A stretch of 50,454 bases of DNA from Spirulina sp. (GTDB lineage Bacteria > Cyanobacteriota > Cyanobacteriia > Cyanobacteriales > Spirulinaceae). The first letter of the stretch is position 1. Each line of letters begins with the position of its first letter. The notes beneath the pieces are model-generated. The model ran no database searches and was not told where the DNA came from. It was given only the letters and a program-made list of their open reading frames with translations. Location of the stretch: the NCBI GenBank assembly GCA_011390265.1, contig JAABSU010000001.1, forward strand, positions 1 to 50,454, read 5' to 3'. This document shows, one piece after another, positions 37,991-48,308 of the stretch. Position numbers and translations under genes: made by a program.

Positions 37991-39034
37991 GTGGGATTAT
38001 TTAGTCGTTTTACATTGTCTCGGGACATGGGTATCGACTTGGGAACAGCCAACACCCTCGTCTATGTCTCCGGAAAAGGAATTGTGTTGCAAGAACCTTC
38101 CGTTGTTGCAATTGACCAAGACTTAAAAGTCCCCCTTGCGGTCGGGGAAGATGCCAAGAAAATGCTTGGCCGTACCCCTGGTAACGTTGTGGCGCTACGG
38201 CCCCTCCGGGATGGTGTGATTGCTGACTTCGATACCGCCGAACTGATGCTGAAGCACTTCATTCGGCAGGTGCATGAGGGCCGTGCCTTGGTCTCGCCCC
38301 GTATTGTGATCGGGATTCCCAGTGGTGTTACTGGGGTTGAGCGCCGTGCAGTCATGGAAGCCGCGTCCCAGGCCGGAGCACGGGATGTTTACCTAATTGA
38401 TGAGCCGGTAGCCGCAGCCATTGGCGCGGGCTTACCCGTTGCTGAACCCACCGGCAACATGATTATTGACATCGGCGGGGGAACCACCGAAGTTGCCGTC
38501 TTGAGTTTGCAAGGTACAGTTCTCAGTGAATCCGTTCGGGTTGCTGGGGATGAACTGAGTGAATCCATCACCCAATACATGAAAAAAGTCCATAACCTCG
38601 TGGTTGGGGAACGGACAGCAGAAGAAATTAAAATCCAAATCGGCTCAGCTTATCCTCTCCAAGGTGATGATGAACTGACAATGGAGGTACGAGGCTTGCA
38701 CCTCCTATCGGGTTTACCCCGCACCGTCACGATCAAATCTTCAGAAGTTCGTGAAAGTATGTCCGAACCCTTGGCGGTGATTGTCGATGCGGTCAAGCGA
38801 ACCCTTGAGCGCACACCCCCAGAACTGGCTGCGGATATCATTGATCGTGGGATTATGCTCGCCGGTGGCGGTGCATTGCTCAAAGGCATTGATACGCTGA
38901 TCAGCCATGAAACCGGGATTGTCACTCACATTGCTGCTGATCCCCTCAGTTGTGTTGTTTTAGGAACCGGGCGTGTGCTGGAGAACTTTAAACAACTGGA
39001 GCGGGTCTTTAGTAGTCGTTCACGAATCATGTAA
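37991..39034 (+). CDS. mreB: Rod shape-determining protein MreB
   Basis: GIDLGTANT, EPSVVA, DIGGGTTEVA and LAGGGALL. GTG start taken at 37991. Confidence 0.99.
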   Translation: MGLFSRFTLSRDMGIDLGTANTLVYVSGKGIVLQEPSVVAIDQDLKVPLAVGEDAKKMLGRTPGNVVALRPLRDGVIADFDTAELMLKHFIRQVHEGRALVSPRIVIGIPSGVTGVERRAVMEAASQAGARDVYLIDEPVAAAIGAGLPVAEPTGNMIIDIGGGTTEVAVLSLQGTVLSESVRVAGDELSESITQYMKKVHNLVVGERTAEEIKIQIGSAYPLQGDDELTMEVRGLHLLSGLPRTVTIKSSEVRESMSEPLAVIVDAVKRTLERTPPELAADIIDRGIMLAGGGALLKGIDTLISHETGIVTHIAADPLSCVVLGTGRVLENFKQLERVFSSRSRIM

Positions 39035-39039
39035 GCTCA

Positions 39040-39192
39040 ATCTTGTTGTTACAATGATTTGAGATCTAGCTGCTGCTAAAGCACAAACGACTTGCAGCCG
39101 TAGGGCATACGGTGAAGAAGCTCAAGGAGGGTAAGGTCAATGGACTCCCGACGAACTGAGAATCCCCGCCCTTTTGGGACGGGGAGTGTCAA
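39040..39192 (+). mobile_element. IS200/IS605-family relic: decayed tnpB 3' end plus right end/omegaRNA-like scaffold
   Basis: Frameshifted residues DLAAAK / LAAVGHTVKKLKEGKVNGLPTN*ESP resemble cyanobacterial TnpB C-termini. Subterminal hairpin TCCCCG-CCCTTTTGGGA-CGGGGA is followed by GTGTCAA, a typical right end. Confidence 0.78.
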
Positions 39193-39215
39193 CGCAGACT
39201 GTTGAGGCAGAGTTG

Positions 39216-39962
39216 ATGTTTACAGTGCGCCGCTGGTGGGATCGCTACGGGCCGAAGTTTTTCGTCACGGGTTTGGTGTTGGCTGTTGCCCTGTTCCTGC
39301 GCCAAACCCAGGGGGCGTTCGTTTCCGAACTTTATTATCAAGTGGTTCAGTCTTTCCAGCCTGGCCCAACGCCTCAAGAGCGTTGGGCTGATGCGCGGGT
39401 GTCTGAGCTTGAGACGAAGTTGGTTAATCTGGAACAACAGAATCAAAAATTACAAGAACTGTTGGACTATACCGAAACCTACCAGGGGGAGTTAATTGCT
39501 GCGCCGGTGATTGGCCGTAGTGTTGACCATTGGTGGAAACAGGTGACTTTGGGCCGAGGCTCCACCAGCGGGATTAAGACGGGCTACGTGGTCAGTAGTC
39601 CGGGTGGTTTAGTCGGTCGGGTGATTAAGGTGACACCGAACACGAGCCGTGTGCTCCTTGCCAGTGATCCCACGAGTAAAGTGGGGGGGAAGATTGCCCG
39701 GAATAACTTTATGGGCTATATCCGGGGTGAAGGCTCAGACATGGCGGTGATGGAATTTTTTGATAAGGTTCCGGATGTGAAGCCGGGGGATAAGATTGTT
39801 ACCTCTCCGGTCAGTTATTTGTTTCCCGCCGGCATTCCGATTGGGACGGTGGAAACGGTGGATTTGGAAAAAAGCCCTGCTCCTGAGGTGGTGGTGAAGT
39901 TTACGGCTCCGTTTGATTATTTAGAGTGGGTTGTGGTTCATCCCTTTGAAAGTCGTCTTTAA
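39216..39962 (+). CDS. mreC: Rod shape-determining protein MreC
   Basis: MFTVRRWW, coiled coil, VIGRS..WW, GLVGRV and FPAGIPIG. Synteny with mreB and mreD. Confidence 0.96.
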   Translation: MFTVRRWWDRYGPKFFVTGLVLAVALFLRQTQGAFVSELYYQVVQSFQPGPTPQERWADARVSELETKLVNLEQQNQKLQELLDYTETYQGELIAAPVIGRSVDHWWKQVTLGRGSTSGIKTGYVVSSPGGLVGRVIKVTPNTSRVLLASDPTSKVGGKIARNNFMGYIRGEGSDMAVMEFFDKVPDVKPGDKIVTSPVSYLFPAGIPIGTVETVDLEKSPAPEVVVKFTAPFDYLEWVVVHPFESRL

Positions 39963-39992
39963 GGGTTGAGAATGGAGGATGGAGGGTAAATT

Positions 39993-40622
39993 GTGCTGAG
40001 ATTTCTTGATTTTTCGCCACGGTCTCGCAGTTTTTTCAATTGGCTGATTGTGGTTGGCTCGATTTTGCTGTGTTTGATGATTTTGCCCACCCGTTTGCCG
40101 GGGACAGAGTTGTTGGGGATTCGCCCCAATTGGTTATTGATCTGGGTGGTGGTGTGGAGTGTGAAGCGCAATGCCTATCAGGGGGCGATCGCCGGCATTG
40201 CCCTGGGGTTAATCCAAGATGGTCTAACGGCCTTTGATGGCGTGCCGATGGTGGATGGGATCATGCCGCCGAATTTTGAGGGCAGTGAGGGGAGCGCAGC
40301 GGATTTGTTATTGTCCTATCCGTCCCACGTGATTAGTCTGATGCTGGTGGGGATTTTGACGGCCAAAATTCAGAAACAACGGTATATCCAAGAAGATTTT
40401 ATTTCCATTGCCTTAATTGTCTTTGGCATGGCGGTGGTAGCTGAAACGATCACGGCGATCCAATATAGTATCCAAGGGCTGCGCAATATCACGTTAGTCT
40501 GGACGGAGCATCAACGCATTGCCTTATCTTCGGCAATTCTCAGTAGTCTTTGGGCTCCCGTGTTGTACTATCCCCTCAATCGTTGGTGGGAATACATGAG
40601 CGATCGCGACCAATCCCTTTAA
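39993..40622 (+). CDS. mreD: Rod shape-determining protein MreD
   Basis: [18 protein letters not shown] and [11 protein letters not shown]. Synteny with mreBC. Confidence 0.93.
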   Translation: MLRFLDFSPRSRSFFNWLIVVGSILLCLMILPTRLPGTELLGIRPNWLLIWVVVWSVKRNAYQGAIAGIALGLIQDGLTAFDGVPMVDGIMPPNFEGSEGSAADLLLSYPSHVISLMLVGILTAKIQKQRYIQEDFISIALIVFGMAVVAETITAIQYSIQGLRNITLVWTEHQRIALSSAILSSLWAPVLYYPLNRWWEYMSDRDQSL

Positions 40623-40654
40623 TCCTCGAAACCACAAGCTTTTTAAACCTCAGC

Positions 40655-41527
40655 ATGAACCCGATTCCCATTGGCATTATTGGTGGCAGCGGCCTTTATC
40701 AAATGGAGGCCTTGACCGATGTTGCAGAAATTAGCCTCGATACCCCCTTTGGTTCCCCCTCTGATGCCTTCATTACCGGCAAACTCAACGGTACGCCCGT
40801 GGTTTTTCTCGCCCGTCACGGCCGTCATCACCACCTCACCCCCACCGAGTTACCCTTTCGTGCCAATATCCACGCCATGAAGCAGTTGGGGGTGGAATAT
40901 TTGATCTCTGCTTCGGCGGTGGGTTCCCTCCAAGCGGAGGCTAAACCCCTGGATATGGTGATCCCGGATCAGTTTATCGATCGCACCCAACACCGCAAGG
41001 CAACATTTTTTGAAGAGGGGATTGTCGCCCATATTGGTTTTGGCCATCCCGTCTGTAAGCAGTTGGCGACGCTTTTAGGGGACGCGGTGGAGAGTTTGAA
41101 CCTGCCGGAGGTGGGGCTACATCGGGGCGGGACTTATGTGTGTATGGAAGGGCCGGCCTTTTCCACCCAAGCGGAATCCAACCTCTATCGGAGTTGGGGG
41201 GCGATGGTGATTGGGATGACGAATTTAACGGAGGCGAAGCTGGCGCGGGAGGCGGAAATTGCCTATGCAACCCTGGCGTTGGTGACGGATTACGATTGCT
41301 GGCATCCCGACCATGATCATGTCACGGTGGAGATGATTATTGATCATCTCCACCGCAATGCCCATAACGCCCAGCAGGTGATCCAGACGGTGGTGGCCAA
41401 GTTGGCGGCGAATCCCCCGGCTTCTGAGGCTCATCAGGCGTTAAAGTACGCCATTCTGACTCGCCTAGATCAAGCTCCAGCGGCGACGAAGGCGAAACTA
41501 GAGGTGATTTTGCGCAAATATTTGTAG
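40655..41527 (+). CDS. mtnP: S-methyl-5'-thioadenosine phosphorylase
   Basis: [21 protein letters not shown] and VTDYDCW. Confidence 0.96.
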   Translation: MNPIPIGIIGGSGLYQMEALTDVAEISLDTPFGSPSDAFITGKLNGTPVVFLARHGRHHHLTPTELPFRANIHAMKQLGVEYLISASAVGSLQAEAKPLDMVIPDQFIDRTQHRKATFFEEGIVAHIGFGHPVCKQLATLLGDAVESLNLPEVGLHRGGTYVCMEGPAFSTQAESNLYRSWGAMVIGMTNLTEAKLAREAEIAYATLALVTDYDCWHPDHDHVTVEMIIDHLHRNAHNAQQVIQTVVAKLAANPPASEAHQALKYAILTRLDQAPAATKAKLEVILRKYL

Positions 41528-41537
41528 ATCATGGGAG

Positions 41538-41562
41538 AGGGCGAAAGGTTTTTCTCCCCTAC
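41538..41562 (-). repeat. Degenerate REP GTAGGGGAGAAAAACCTTTCGCCCT overlapping the nblB stop
   Basis: Same family as 22556 and 31442. Its TAG is the nblB stop codon. Confidence 0.7.
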
Positions 41563-42221
41563 ACCCCGTGGCCGTTTTTCGCTTCTTGGGCGACAATCTC
41601 CACCGAGTCGGTGGCCAATTGGGTGAGGACGGCTTGGGCCGCTTCTCCCCCAAGACGGTTTAAAGCTTGGGCGAGGCGATAACGCAGTTGCCAATCTTCA
41701 TTGTCCTGAAAGGGCAGGAGTAGGGGAACGGCGCGGGGATCTCCCAGTTCGCCAAAGGCACTGATGGCGGCGGTTTGGAGGAGGTTGTTGTCGGAGGCGA
41801 TCGCCTCCGCCAGGATTTCAAACCCACGGGGATCGCCCATTTCCCCGAGGGCGGCCACAATACTAAATTGGAGGAGCCATTCGGAACTGCCTTCATAGGC
41901 GGCTTTGAGATCCGGAAAGCCTTCAGTCAGCTTGAGGGCGGCGATCGCATCCGCCGCCGCCGATTGCACATCCACCTCAGAATCATGGAGGAGCACCTCC
42001 CGCAGCAACTCCAAGGTTTTCTCCAGATCCACCACACCGAGGCGATCCATTTGGCTCACCGCTGCGTAGCGCACCCGAGGTTGGGAGTCAGCCAAAACCG
42101 GCTGAATCAGTTCAAACCCCGTCGCATTATCCAGATGGCGCAGTTGGTTGAGACCACTAATGCGATCGCCATAGTCCTCAGAACTTAACAACGCTTGTAC
42201 TGATTCAGGGGTGATGCTCAT
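41559..42221 (-). CDS. nblB: Phycobilisome degradation HEAT-repeat protein NblB
   Basis: MSITPESVQALLSSEDYGDR, RVRYAAVSQ, EWLLQFSIVAALGE and DWQLRYRLAQAL. Adjacent to a CBS gene. Confidence 0.85.
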   Translation of the reverse strand: MSITPESVQALLSSEDYGDRISGLNQLRHLDNATGFELIQPVLADSQPRVRYAAVSQMDRLGVVDLEKTLELLREVLLHDSEVDVQSAAADAIAALKLTEGFPDLKAAYEGSSEWLLQFSIVAALGEMGDPRGFEILAEAIASDNNLLQTAAISAFGELGDPRAVPLLLPFQDNEDWQLRYRLAQALNRLGGEAAQAVLTQLATDSVEIVAQEAKNGHGV

Positions 42222-42258
42222 AGAAAATATTTGCGAGGTGCACAATATTTAGCCAGAC

Positions 42259-42729
42259 CTAGCTGAAACCTTCGCTAGCGGCCATGGCTCGAATAATATC
42301 ACTATGGGAGATAATCCCGACCACTTTCCCCTCCTGATCCACCACCGGTAAACGCCGAATGTGTTTTTCGTGCATCACTTTAGCCGCTTCTCGCAGGCTT
42401 TCTTGGGGGTGAATCGTGATCGGTTTATTCGTCATCACCTCCCCCACCGTTTGCCCCAGAGATTTATGGAGTTCCTGCTCATAACGGGCGGGATTTTGGA
42501 GAAAAATTACACTGTCAAGAAACATCACATAGGGCGGGGGATCGGCTCCCGTTTCCTGCCACATCAAATCCGTATCCGCTAATACGCCCACCAGTTTGCC
42601 CCCCGCATCCACCACCGGCAGCCCACTGATCTGCTTTTCTGACAGCAGTTGGATCGCTTCCCGTAAAGAAGTTGTCGGAGTGACCGTAATCGGCGTGGGA
42701 GTCATAAACTCCGCCACAGTTTTCGTCAT
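42259..42729 (-). CDS. CBS domain-containing protein
   Basis: Two CBS repeats (ISGLPVVD..G.LVG; IRRLPVVD..GKVVGII). Confidence 0.93.
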   Translation of the reverse strand: MTKTVAEFMTPTPITVTPTTSLREAIQLLSEKQISGLPVVDAGGKLVGVLADTDLMWQETGADPPPYVMFLDSVIFLQNPARYEQELHKSLGQTVGEVMTNKPITIHPQESLREAAKVMHEKHIRRLPVVDQEGKVVGIISHSDIIRAMAASEGFS

Positions 42730-42872
42730 AAACCTATAGGTTTGGAAAAGTTCGCCCCTCCATTGTAGGGAATTGAGGGATCGCCCTTGAAGTTGCGTCA
42801 AGGATCGTTACAGGCAATGGAGAGAGCTAGGCCCTTTAGAATGGGGGATGAGATTCATTCGTGAGGTTCTGT

Positions 42873-43529
42873 ATGGTTTCTGCCCCCGATCGCCGTCAAT
42901 ATGCCCCTGCCACTGAGCGTAACCGTGACCATATCCTGCAAGTGCTACAGCAGGTTTTACCGCCTCGGGGTGCGATTCTGGAAGTGGCCAGCGGCACTGG
43001 ACAGCATGCGATTTACTTTGCCCCAGCCCTAGCCCCCCGGCGTTGGTTACCCAGCGAATTTGACCCGGAACTACAGGGGAGTATTTTGGCGTGGCGGACT
43101 CGCCATCCAGCCAGGAATTTAATGGCCCCCATTGTCCTGGATGCGGGCGATCGCCCCTGGTCTATTGAAACTGGAACCCTCCCCCCTGACTGCACAGCCG
43201 CTGAGCTGGAGCAGGAACCCATTGGTGCCATTGTGGCAATTAATCTCCTCCATATTTCCCCTTGGTCTGTGGGCTTAGGGTTGCTAGCCGGAGCAAGTCG
43301 GATCTTGCCCTCCGGCGGCATCTTGTATCTCTATGGCCCCTTTATTGAGCCAGGCAAACCCCTCACGCCAAGCAATCTAGCCTTTCATCAATCCCTCCAG
43401 TTCCGCAATCCCGATTGGGGTCTACGGAAGTTGGACAGCGTTCAAGCCGCAGCCGAGGCTGAGGGTTTACAACTTCAACGGGTGTTCCCGATGCCCGCCA
43501 ATAATCTTTCAGTGGTTTTTCGTAAATGA
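42873..43529 (+). CDS. DUF938 SAM-dependent methyltransferase
   Basis: APATERN, LEVASGTGQH, NLLHISPW, YGPF and MPANN. Confidence 0.92.
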   Translation: MVSAPDRRQYAPATERNRDHILQVLQQVLPPRGAILEVASGTGQHAIYFAPALAPRRWLPSEFDPELQGSILAWRTRHPARNLMAPIVLDAGDRPWSIETGTLPPDCTAAELEQEPIGAIVAINLLHISPWSVGLGLLAGASRILPSGGILYLYGPFIEPGKPLTPSNLAFHQSLQFRNPDWGLRKLDSVQAAAEAEGLQLQRVFPMPANNLSVVFRK

Positions 43530-43939
43530 GCCAGGGGAGAAAAATCCCCCCATCAGGAACATCTCCCCCTCAATCAATCGTCCTTAATCTAGAATTCTCC
43601 GGATAGAGGGAAACCTAAACGTAAATATTTTCAGGGTCTTCAGCCTTTGCGGGTCTGTCGCCAACACCGCTTAATCCAACAGTTCAATGGCAAATAAAAC
43701 TTTTTCTCTCAAGGATCGAATTTTGCTACCCTAGAGAGTACGGTTTTTACCAATCCCCTGGCCGGCCCGTTGTTTGTTCAGGGCATCAACCGTAAATTAA
43801 CCGCAGCCGATTGCTGATTGAGTACTGATGTATTTTGAGGGGTTAGCTTGGATACACGACAGCACTGGTGACCGCAATTCAGGGTGTATCCACGGTGATT
43901 GTGCACGAGTTACCCGGGAACTTTCGATGGTTTAGAGCT

Positions 43940-44299
43940 ATGAAATTTGAAGACATTCACACTTTTTTCAACAACCCGCCCCCCCATTACCTGAATCGGC
44001 AATTGGCGGTCTGCTACGTGCTTTCGGTGCTTCTCCACCGTGAGTCCTACGGCACGGAGTTGATTGAACAACTAGAACAAGATTACCCCTGTTATCGGCT
44101 TTCTGACACAGTGCTCTACGGAGCGCTGAAGTTTTTAGAGCAGGAAAAAACAGTCGTGGGCTATTGGAAGAAGGTTGAAGGCCGGGGCCGTCCTCGCCGG
44201 ATGTATCAGTTAAACGAGGCTGCCCAGCCTCAAGCGGAGGAACTGGCCTGGTATTGGCAACGCTATGTCCGCCAAGACCCCCAGGGTTTGGCGATGTAA
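43940..44299 (+). CDS. pex: PadR-family regulator Pex (circadian period extender); alternative GTG start at 43868
   Basis: FFNNPPPHYL, AVCYVL, ESYGTELI, RLSDTVLY.ALKFL and YWKKVEGRGRPRRMY. Confidence 0.85.
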   Translation: MKFEDIHTFFNNPPPHYLNRQLAVCYVLSVLLHRESYGTELIEQLEQDYPCYRLSDTVLYGALKFLEQEKTVVGYWKKVEGRGRPRRMYQLNEAAQPQAEELAWYWQRYVRQDPQGLAM

Positions 44300-44339
44300 G
44301 CGATCGCGCCTTCCCTTTCCATGAAAACGCCACCTCAAC

Positions 44340-44370
44340 CGACGGAGTTAGGGAACTCCGTCGATTTTGT
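44340..44370 (+). terminator. Terminator-like hairpin after pex
   Basis: CGACGGAGTT-AGGG-AACTCCGTCG followed by ATTTTGT. Confidence 0.65.
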
Positions 44371-44485
44371 CGTCGGAAATCCTGAGGGTTTGTGGGGCGG
44401 GATGGAGTTTCGTCGTTGGGCTTAAAGGGGAGAGGCGATCGCTGTATAGTGCTTAATTGAAGACCTTCGCTACTTTGAAAAACTT

Positions 44486-44941
44486 ATGAAACCCCTACGT
44501 TCATTGTTCATGGTGCTGTTGGTGATGGTGGCTATCACGCTCACGGCCTGTGGTAGCAATGTAGTTAAAGCACCCCCCACCTATACCCCGGAAAAAATTG
44601 TCGCCATTGAACGCGCCCTCGCCCCGATTGAAGTGGTTCATGACCGGATGCCGGAATTGGGCAACTATGTGGCGGCCAAAGACTGGAATAATGTGAAATC
44701 CTTCCTCCATGGCCCTTTAGGTGGGTTGCGCTCTGCTCTCGGCTATCTCGATCGCAGCTTACTGTTGAAAAAAGACCAAGACCAAGCGACCACCTTGGCC
44801 GAAGCTCTGTTTGAAGATATTGAGCAGTTAGATTCGGCGGCCAGTGAGCAGGTGGGTGATATTGCCCAAGGGATTTACCGCAAAACGGTGACTGATTTTG
44901 ATGCTTATCTAGAGTTCATGCCCCGCACCCCCGACGCATGA
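44486..44941 (+). CDS. psbQ: Photosystem II lipoprotein PsbQ (CyanoQ)
   Basis: Lipobox LTAC, PPTYTPEKI and W..V..FLHGPLG.LR. Confidence 0.93.
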   Translation: MKPLRSLFMVLLVMVAITLTACGSNVVKAPPTYTPEKIVAIERALAPIEVVHDRMPELGNYVAAKDWNNVKSFLHGPLGGLRSALGYLDRSLLLKKDQDQATTLAEALFEDIEQLDSAASEQVGDIAQGIYRKTVTDFDAYLEFMPRTPDA

Positions 44942-46029
44942 GCCGGGTCGTGATCATTGGGGGTGGCGTAGTTGGGGCCATGGTGGCCTACGAGTTGAGC
45001 CGATTGGGTCAAGCCGTCACCCTCTGCGAACGGGATACCCCTGGGGCTGGCTCCACCGGGGCCGCCCTGGGGGTATTAATGGGCATTGTGAGCCAGAAAA
45101 TGACGGGGCGAGGTTGGCGATTGCGGGAACAGAGCATCCGTCGCTATCAAACGCTGTTGCCGGAATTGACGACGCTCACCGGCCGGGAAATTCCCCATAA
45201 TCCCCAGGGGATTGTGATGTTGCGATTTACGGATGATCCCCGCGATGATCGCTGGCACAGATTGCAACGGGTGCGGGAAAAGCAGGGTTGGCCGCTGGAG
45301 GTTTGGGATCGGGAAGAATTGCGATCGCACTGTCCCCAGTTGGAGAGCGATCGCCTTTTGGGGGCCGTCTATTCCCCCCAAGATGGCCAAATTAATCCCC
45401 GTGCCCTCACCGCCGCCCTTTGGGCCGGGGCGCAGCATTATGGGGCAGATTGTCGCCTCAGTACAGCCGTTGAAAGCTTTGGTTTTGATGAAGAACGCTG
45501 TAGAGAAGTGATAGTCGCCGGAGCAACTTTAGCCTGTGATTGGCTGATTCTCGCCGCAGGGTTAGGCTCTACCCCTTTAACGGCCCAACTTCAGCAGCCG
45601 GTAGAGATTCAGCCGGTACTCGGCCAAGCCTTTCGGGTGAAATTGCCCCAACCCCTGAATGGGGGGAACTTTGACCCGGTGATTTCCGGGGAAGATGTGC
45701 ATATTGTTCCCTTGGGTGGGGGAGAGTATTGGATTGGGGCAACGGTGGAATTTCCCGATTCTCAAGGTGATGTCATCGCTGATCCCGCTTTAAAAGAGCA
45801 GGTTTGGCAACAGGCGATCGCCCTTTGTCCCGCCCTGGCCCAAGGGGAAATCGTCGAAAGTTGGTCAGGTTTGCGCCCTCGGCCCCAAGGTCAGCCCGCC
45901 CCCCTCATCGGCCCCCTACCGGGTTACACCAACGTTCTCCTCGCCACCGGCCACTACCGCAACGGCGTACTCCTTGCCCCAGCCACGGCTCAAGCCATCT
46001 CTGAGCCAATTTGTGGCATAATAGCTTAG
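44938..46029 (+). CDS. FAD-dependent oxidoreductase (DAO/ThiO-like)
   Basis: IIGGGVVG, STGAALG, WSGLRP and GHYRNGVLLAPATA. Confidence 0.9.
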   Translation: MSRVVIIGGGVVGAMVAYELSRLGQAVTLCERDTPGAGSTGAALGVLMGIVSQKMTGRGWRLREQSIRRYQTLLPELTTLTGREIPHNPQGIVMLRFTDDPRDDRWHRLQRVREKQGWPLEVWDREELRSHCPQLESDRLLGAVYSPQDGQINPRALTAALWAGAQHYGADCRLSTAVESFGFDEERCREVIVAGATLACDWLILAAGLGSTPLTAQLQQPVEIQPVLGQAFRVKLPQPLNGGNFDPVISGEDVHIVPLGGGEYWIGATVEFPDSQGDVIADPALKEQVWQQAIALCPALAQGEIVESWSGLRPRPQGQPAPLIGPLPGYTNVLLATGHYRNGVLLAPATAQAISEPICGIIA

Positions 46030-46235
46030 CCTCTCAAGGCTGAAGTAAACAAATTTAGCGACAAGATGGGCGATCCGCGCTAGCGCACCGATCGCAGCCC
46101 CCAAAGCTCCCACCCCATCGGCTGATTGCGATCAACTCAAAAATTTCCCACTCAAAAATTTTCCTAAATCCAGCCAATCCTATGGCTGGAAATTTTTTGC
46201 ATCTAATTGCCCTCACATCGCCATTAACCCTTTTG

Positions 46236-46244
46236 TGCTACAAT
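46236..46244 (+). promoter_or_regulatory. Extended -10 (TGcTACAAT) upstream of gyrB
   Basis: TG-n-TACAAT about 60 nt before the ATG. GAGG RBS precedes the ATG. Confidence 0.4.
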
Positions 46245-46306
46245 TCGGTATGCTTTTTGTCATTTGAGAGCCTTAAGCCCGCTTCTCTGCGATTCGAGGA
46301 ATTTCC

Positions 46307-48232
46307 ATGGCCAGTAACTACAGTGCAGATCAAATTCAGGTTCTCGAAGGGCTAGAGCCTGTCCGTAAACGCCCCGGTATGTATATCGGCACCACCGGCC
46401 CGAGAGGTTTACACCATCTCGTTTATGAAGTGGTGGATAACTCCATCGATGAAGCTTTGGCGGGCTACTGTACCCATATTGAGGTGGAGTTGAATGCCGA
46501 TGGTTCCGTGTCCGTCGCCGATGATGGTCGCGGTATTCCCACCGGGATCCATCCCACCACTGGCAAATCTGCCCTAGAAACCGTGATGACGGTGCTCCAT
46601 GCGGGAGGCAAGTTTGGCGGCGGCGGTTATAAAGTTTCCGGGGGGTTGCACGGGGTCGGGGTTTCCGTGGTGAATGCCCTTTCCACTTGGGTAGTCGTCA
46701 CGGTACGACGGGATCAAAATGTTTATACCCAACGCTACGAAAAGGGTGATCCTGTCAGTGAGCTAGAGACGGTTCCCGATCCCCAGCAGGAATTTACAGG
46801 CACAGCTTTAACGTTTCTCCCGGATAACACGATTTTTACGGAAACCGTTGAGTTTGAATACAACACCCTTTCCGGTCGCCTCCGGGAATTGGGCTATCTC
46901 AATGCAGGGGTGAAAATCACCTTTAGCGATCGCCGCATTGATCCCTATCGCGTTGAAACCTACTGCTACGAAGGCGGCATCAAGGAATACGTCGCCTACA
47001 TGACCCGCGATAAGGAACCCCTCCATACCGACATTATCTATGTGGAAGGCGAACGGGATGGGGTGACGGTGGAAGTGGCTTTGCAATGGTGTATTGATTC
47101 CTATAGCGACAATATTCTCGGTTTTGCCAATAACATTCGCACCATCGACGGGGGCACACACCTGGAAGGCCTGAAGGCGGTGCTCACCCGCACGATGAAC
47201 AATGTGGCCCGTAAGCGCAACAAGATTAAAGAGAATGAGGCCAATTTAGGGGGGGAAAACGTGCGGGAAGGCTTAACTGCTGTCATTTCCGTGAAGGTTC
47301 CCGATCCCGAATTTGAGGGACAAACTAAGACCAAGTTAGGGAATAGTGAAGTGCGGGGGATTGTCGATTCCTTGGTGGGCGAGGTGTTGAATGAGTATTT
47401 AGAATTCAACCCCGCTGTAGCAGACACGATTATTGAAAAGGCGGTGCAGTCCTTTAAAGCGGCTGAGGCGGCCCGGCGGGCGCGGGAGTTGGTGCGGCGT
47501 AAATCGGTGTTGGAATCCTCCCCCCTACCGGGGAAATTGGCGGATTGTAGTTCCCGCGATCCCAAAGAGTCAGAAATTTTCATTGTGGAGGGGGATTCGG
47601 CAGGGGGATCAGCGAAACAGGGGCGCGATCGCCGCATTCAGGCAATCCTGCCCTTGCGGGGCAAAATTCTCAATATCGAAAAAACCGACGATGCCAAGAT
47701 TTATAAAAACAATGAAATTCAGGCATTAATCACCGCCCTCGGTTTAGGGATTCGCGGCGAAGATTTTAACCCTGCTCAGTTGCGCTACCACAACATCGTG
47801 ATCATGACCGATGCGGATGTGGATGGGGCGCACATCCGCACGTTGCTGTTAACGTTCTTTTTCCGCTATCAACGGGACTTGATCGATCAAGGCTATGTCT
47901 ATATTGCTTGCCCACCCCTGTATAAGTTGGAGCGGGGGCGCAATCACCAATATTTGTATAGCGATCGCGAACTGAGCCAAGCGATTCGCGAATTTCCCGA
48001 CAATGCCAACTACACGATCCAACGGTTTAAAGGTTTGGGGGAAATGATGCCCCAACAGCTTTGGGATACGACGATGAACCCAGAAAGCCGGATGTTGAAG
48101 AAGGTGGAAATTGAGGATGCGGCGGAAGCTGACCGGATTTTCACGGTGCTGATGGGGGATAAGGTGGCTCCCCGCCGGGAATTTATCGAAACGGAAGGGC
48201 CGAAGCTCAATTTAGACCAATTGGATATTTAA
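46307..48232 (+). CDS. gyrB: DNA gyrase subunit B
   Basis: [46 protein letters not shown] and RFKGLGEM. No intein. Confidence 0.99.
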   Translation: MASNYSADQIQVLEGLEPVRKRPGMYIGTTGPRGLHHLVYEVVDNSIDEALAGYCTHIEVELNADGSVSVADDGRGIPTGIHPTTGKSALETVMTVLHAGGKFGGGGYKVSGGLHGVGVSVVNALSTWVVVTVRRDQNVYTQRYEKGDPVSELETVPDPQQEFTGTALTFLPDNTIFTETVEFEYNTLSGRLRELGYLNAGVKITFSDRRIDPYRVETYCYEGGIKEYVAYMTRDKEPLHTDIIYVEGERDGVTVEVALQWCIDSYSDNILGFANNIRTIDGGTHLEGLKAVLTRTMNNVARKRNKIKENEANLGGENVREGLTAVISVKVPDPEFEGQTKTKLGNSEVRGIVDSLVGEVLNEYLEFNPAVADTIIEKAVQSFKAAEAARRARELVRRKSVLESSPLPGKLADCSSRDPKESEIFIVEGDSAGGSAKQGRDRRIQAILPLRGKILNIEKTDDAKIYKNNEIQALITALGLGIRGEDFNPAQLRYHNIVIMTDADVDGAHIRTLLLTFFFRYQRDLIDQGYVYIACPPLYKLERGRNHQYLYSDRELSQAIREFPDNANYTIQRFKGLGEMMPQQLWDTTMNPESRMLKKVEIEDAAEADRIFTVLMGDKVAPRREFIETEGPKLNLDQLDI

Positions 48233-48308
48233 TCGCCATTGCCACCGCTTCGGGAATCCCCTTAGGCTGGACTGTTGTAGTCTGTTGAGCATAATTAGGG
48301 GATCAATC

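Noticed and set aside
3397-41562. Recurring 28-52-nt palindromes considered as a CRISPR array
   Set aside because: They are dispersed singly at gene ends, not regularly spaced with unique spacers, and no cas genes are present.
46307-48232. Possible intein in GyrB
   Set aside because: 641 aa with continuous motifs and no intein insertion.
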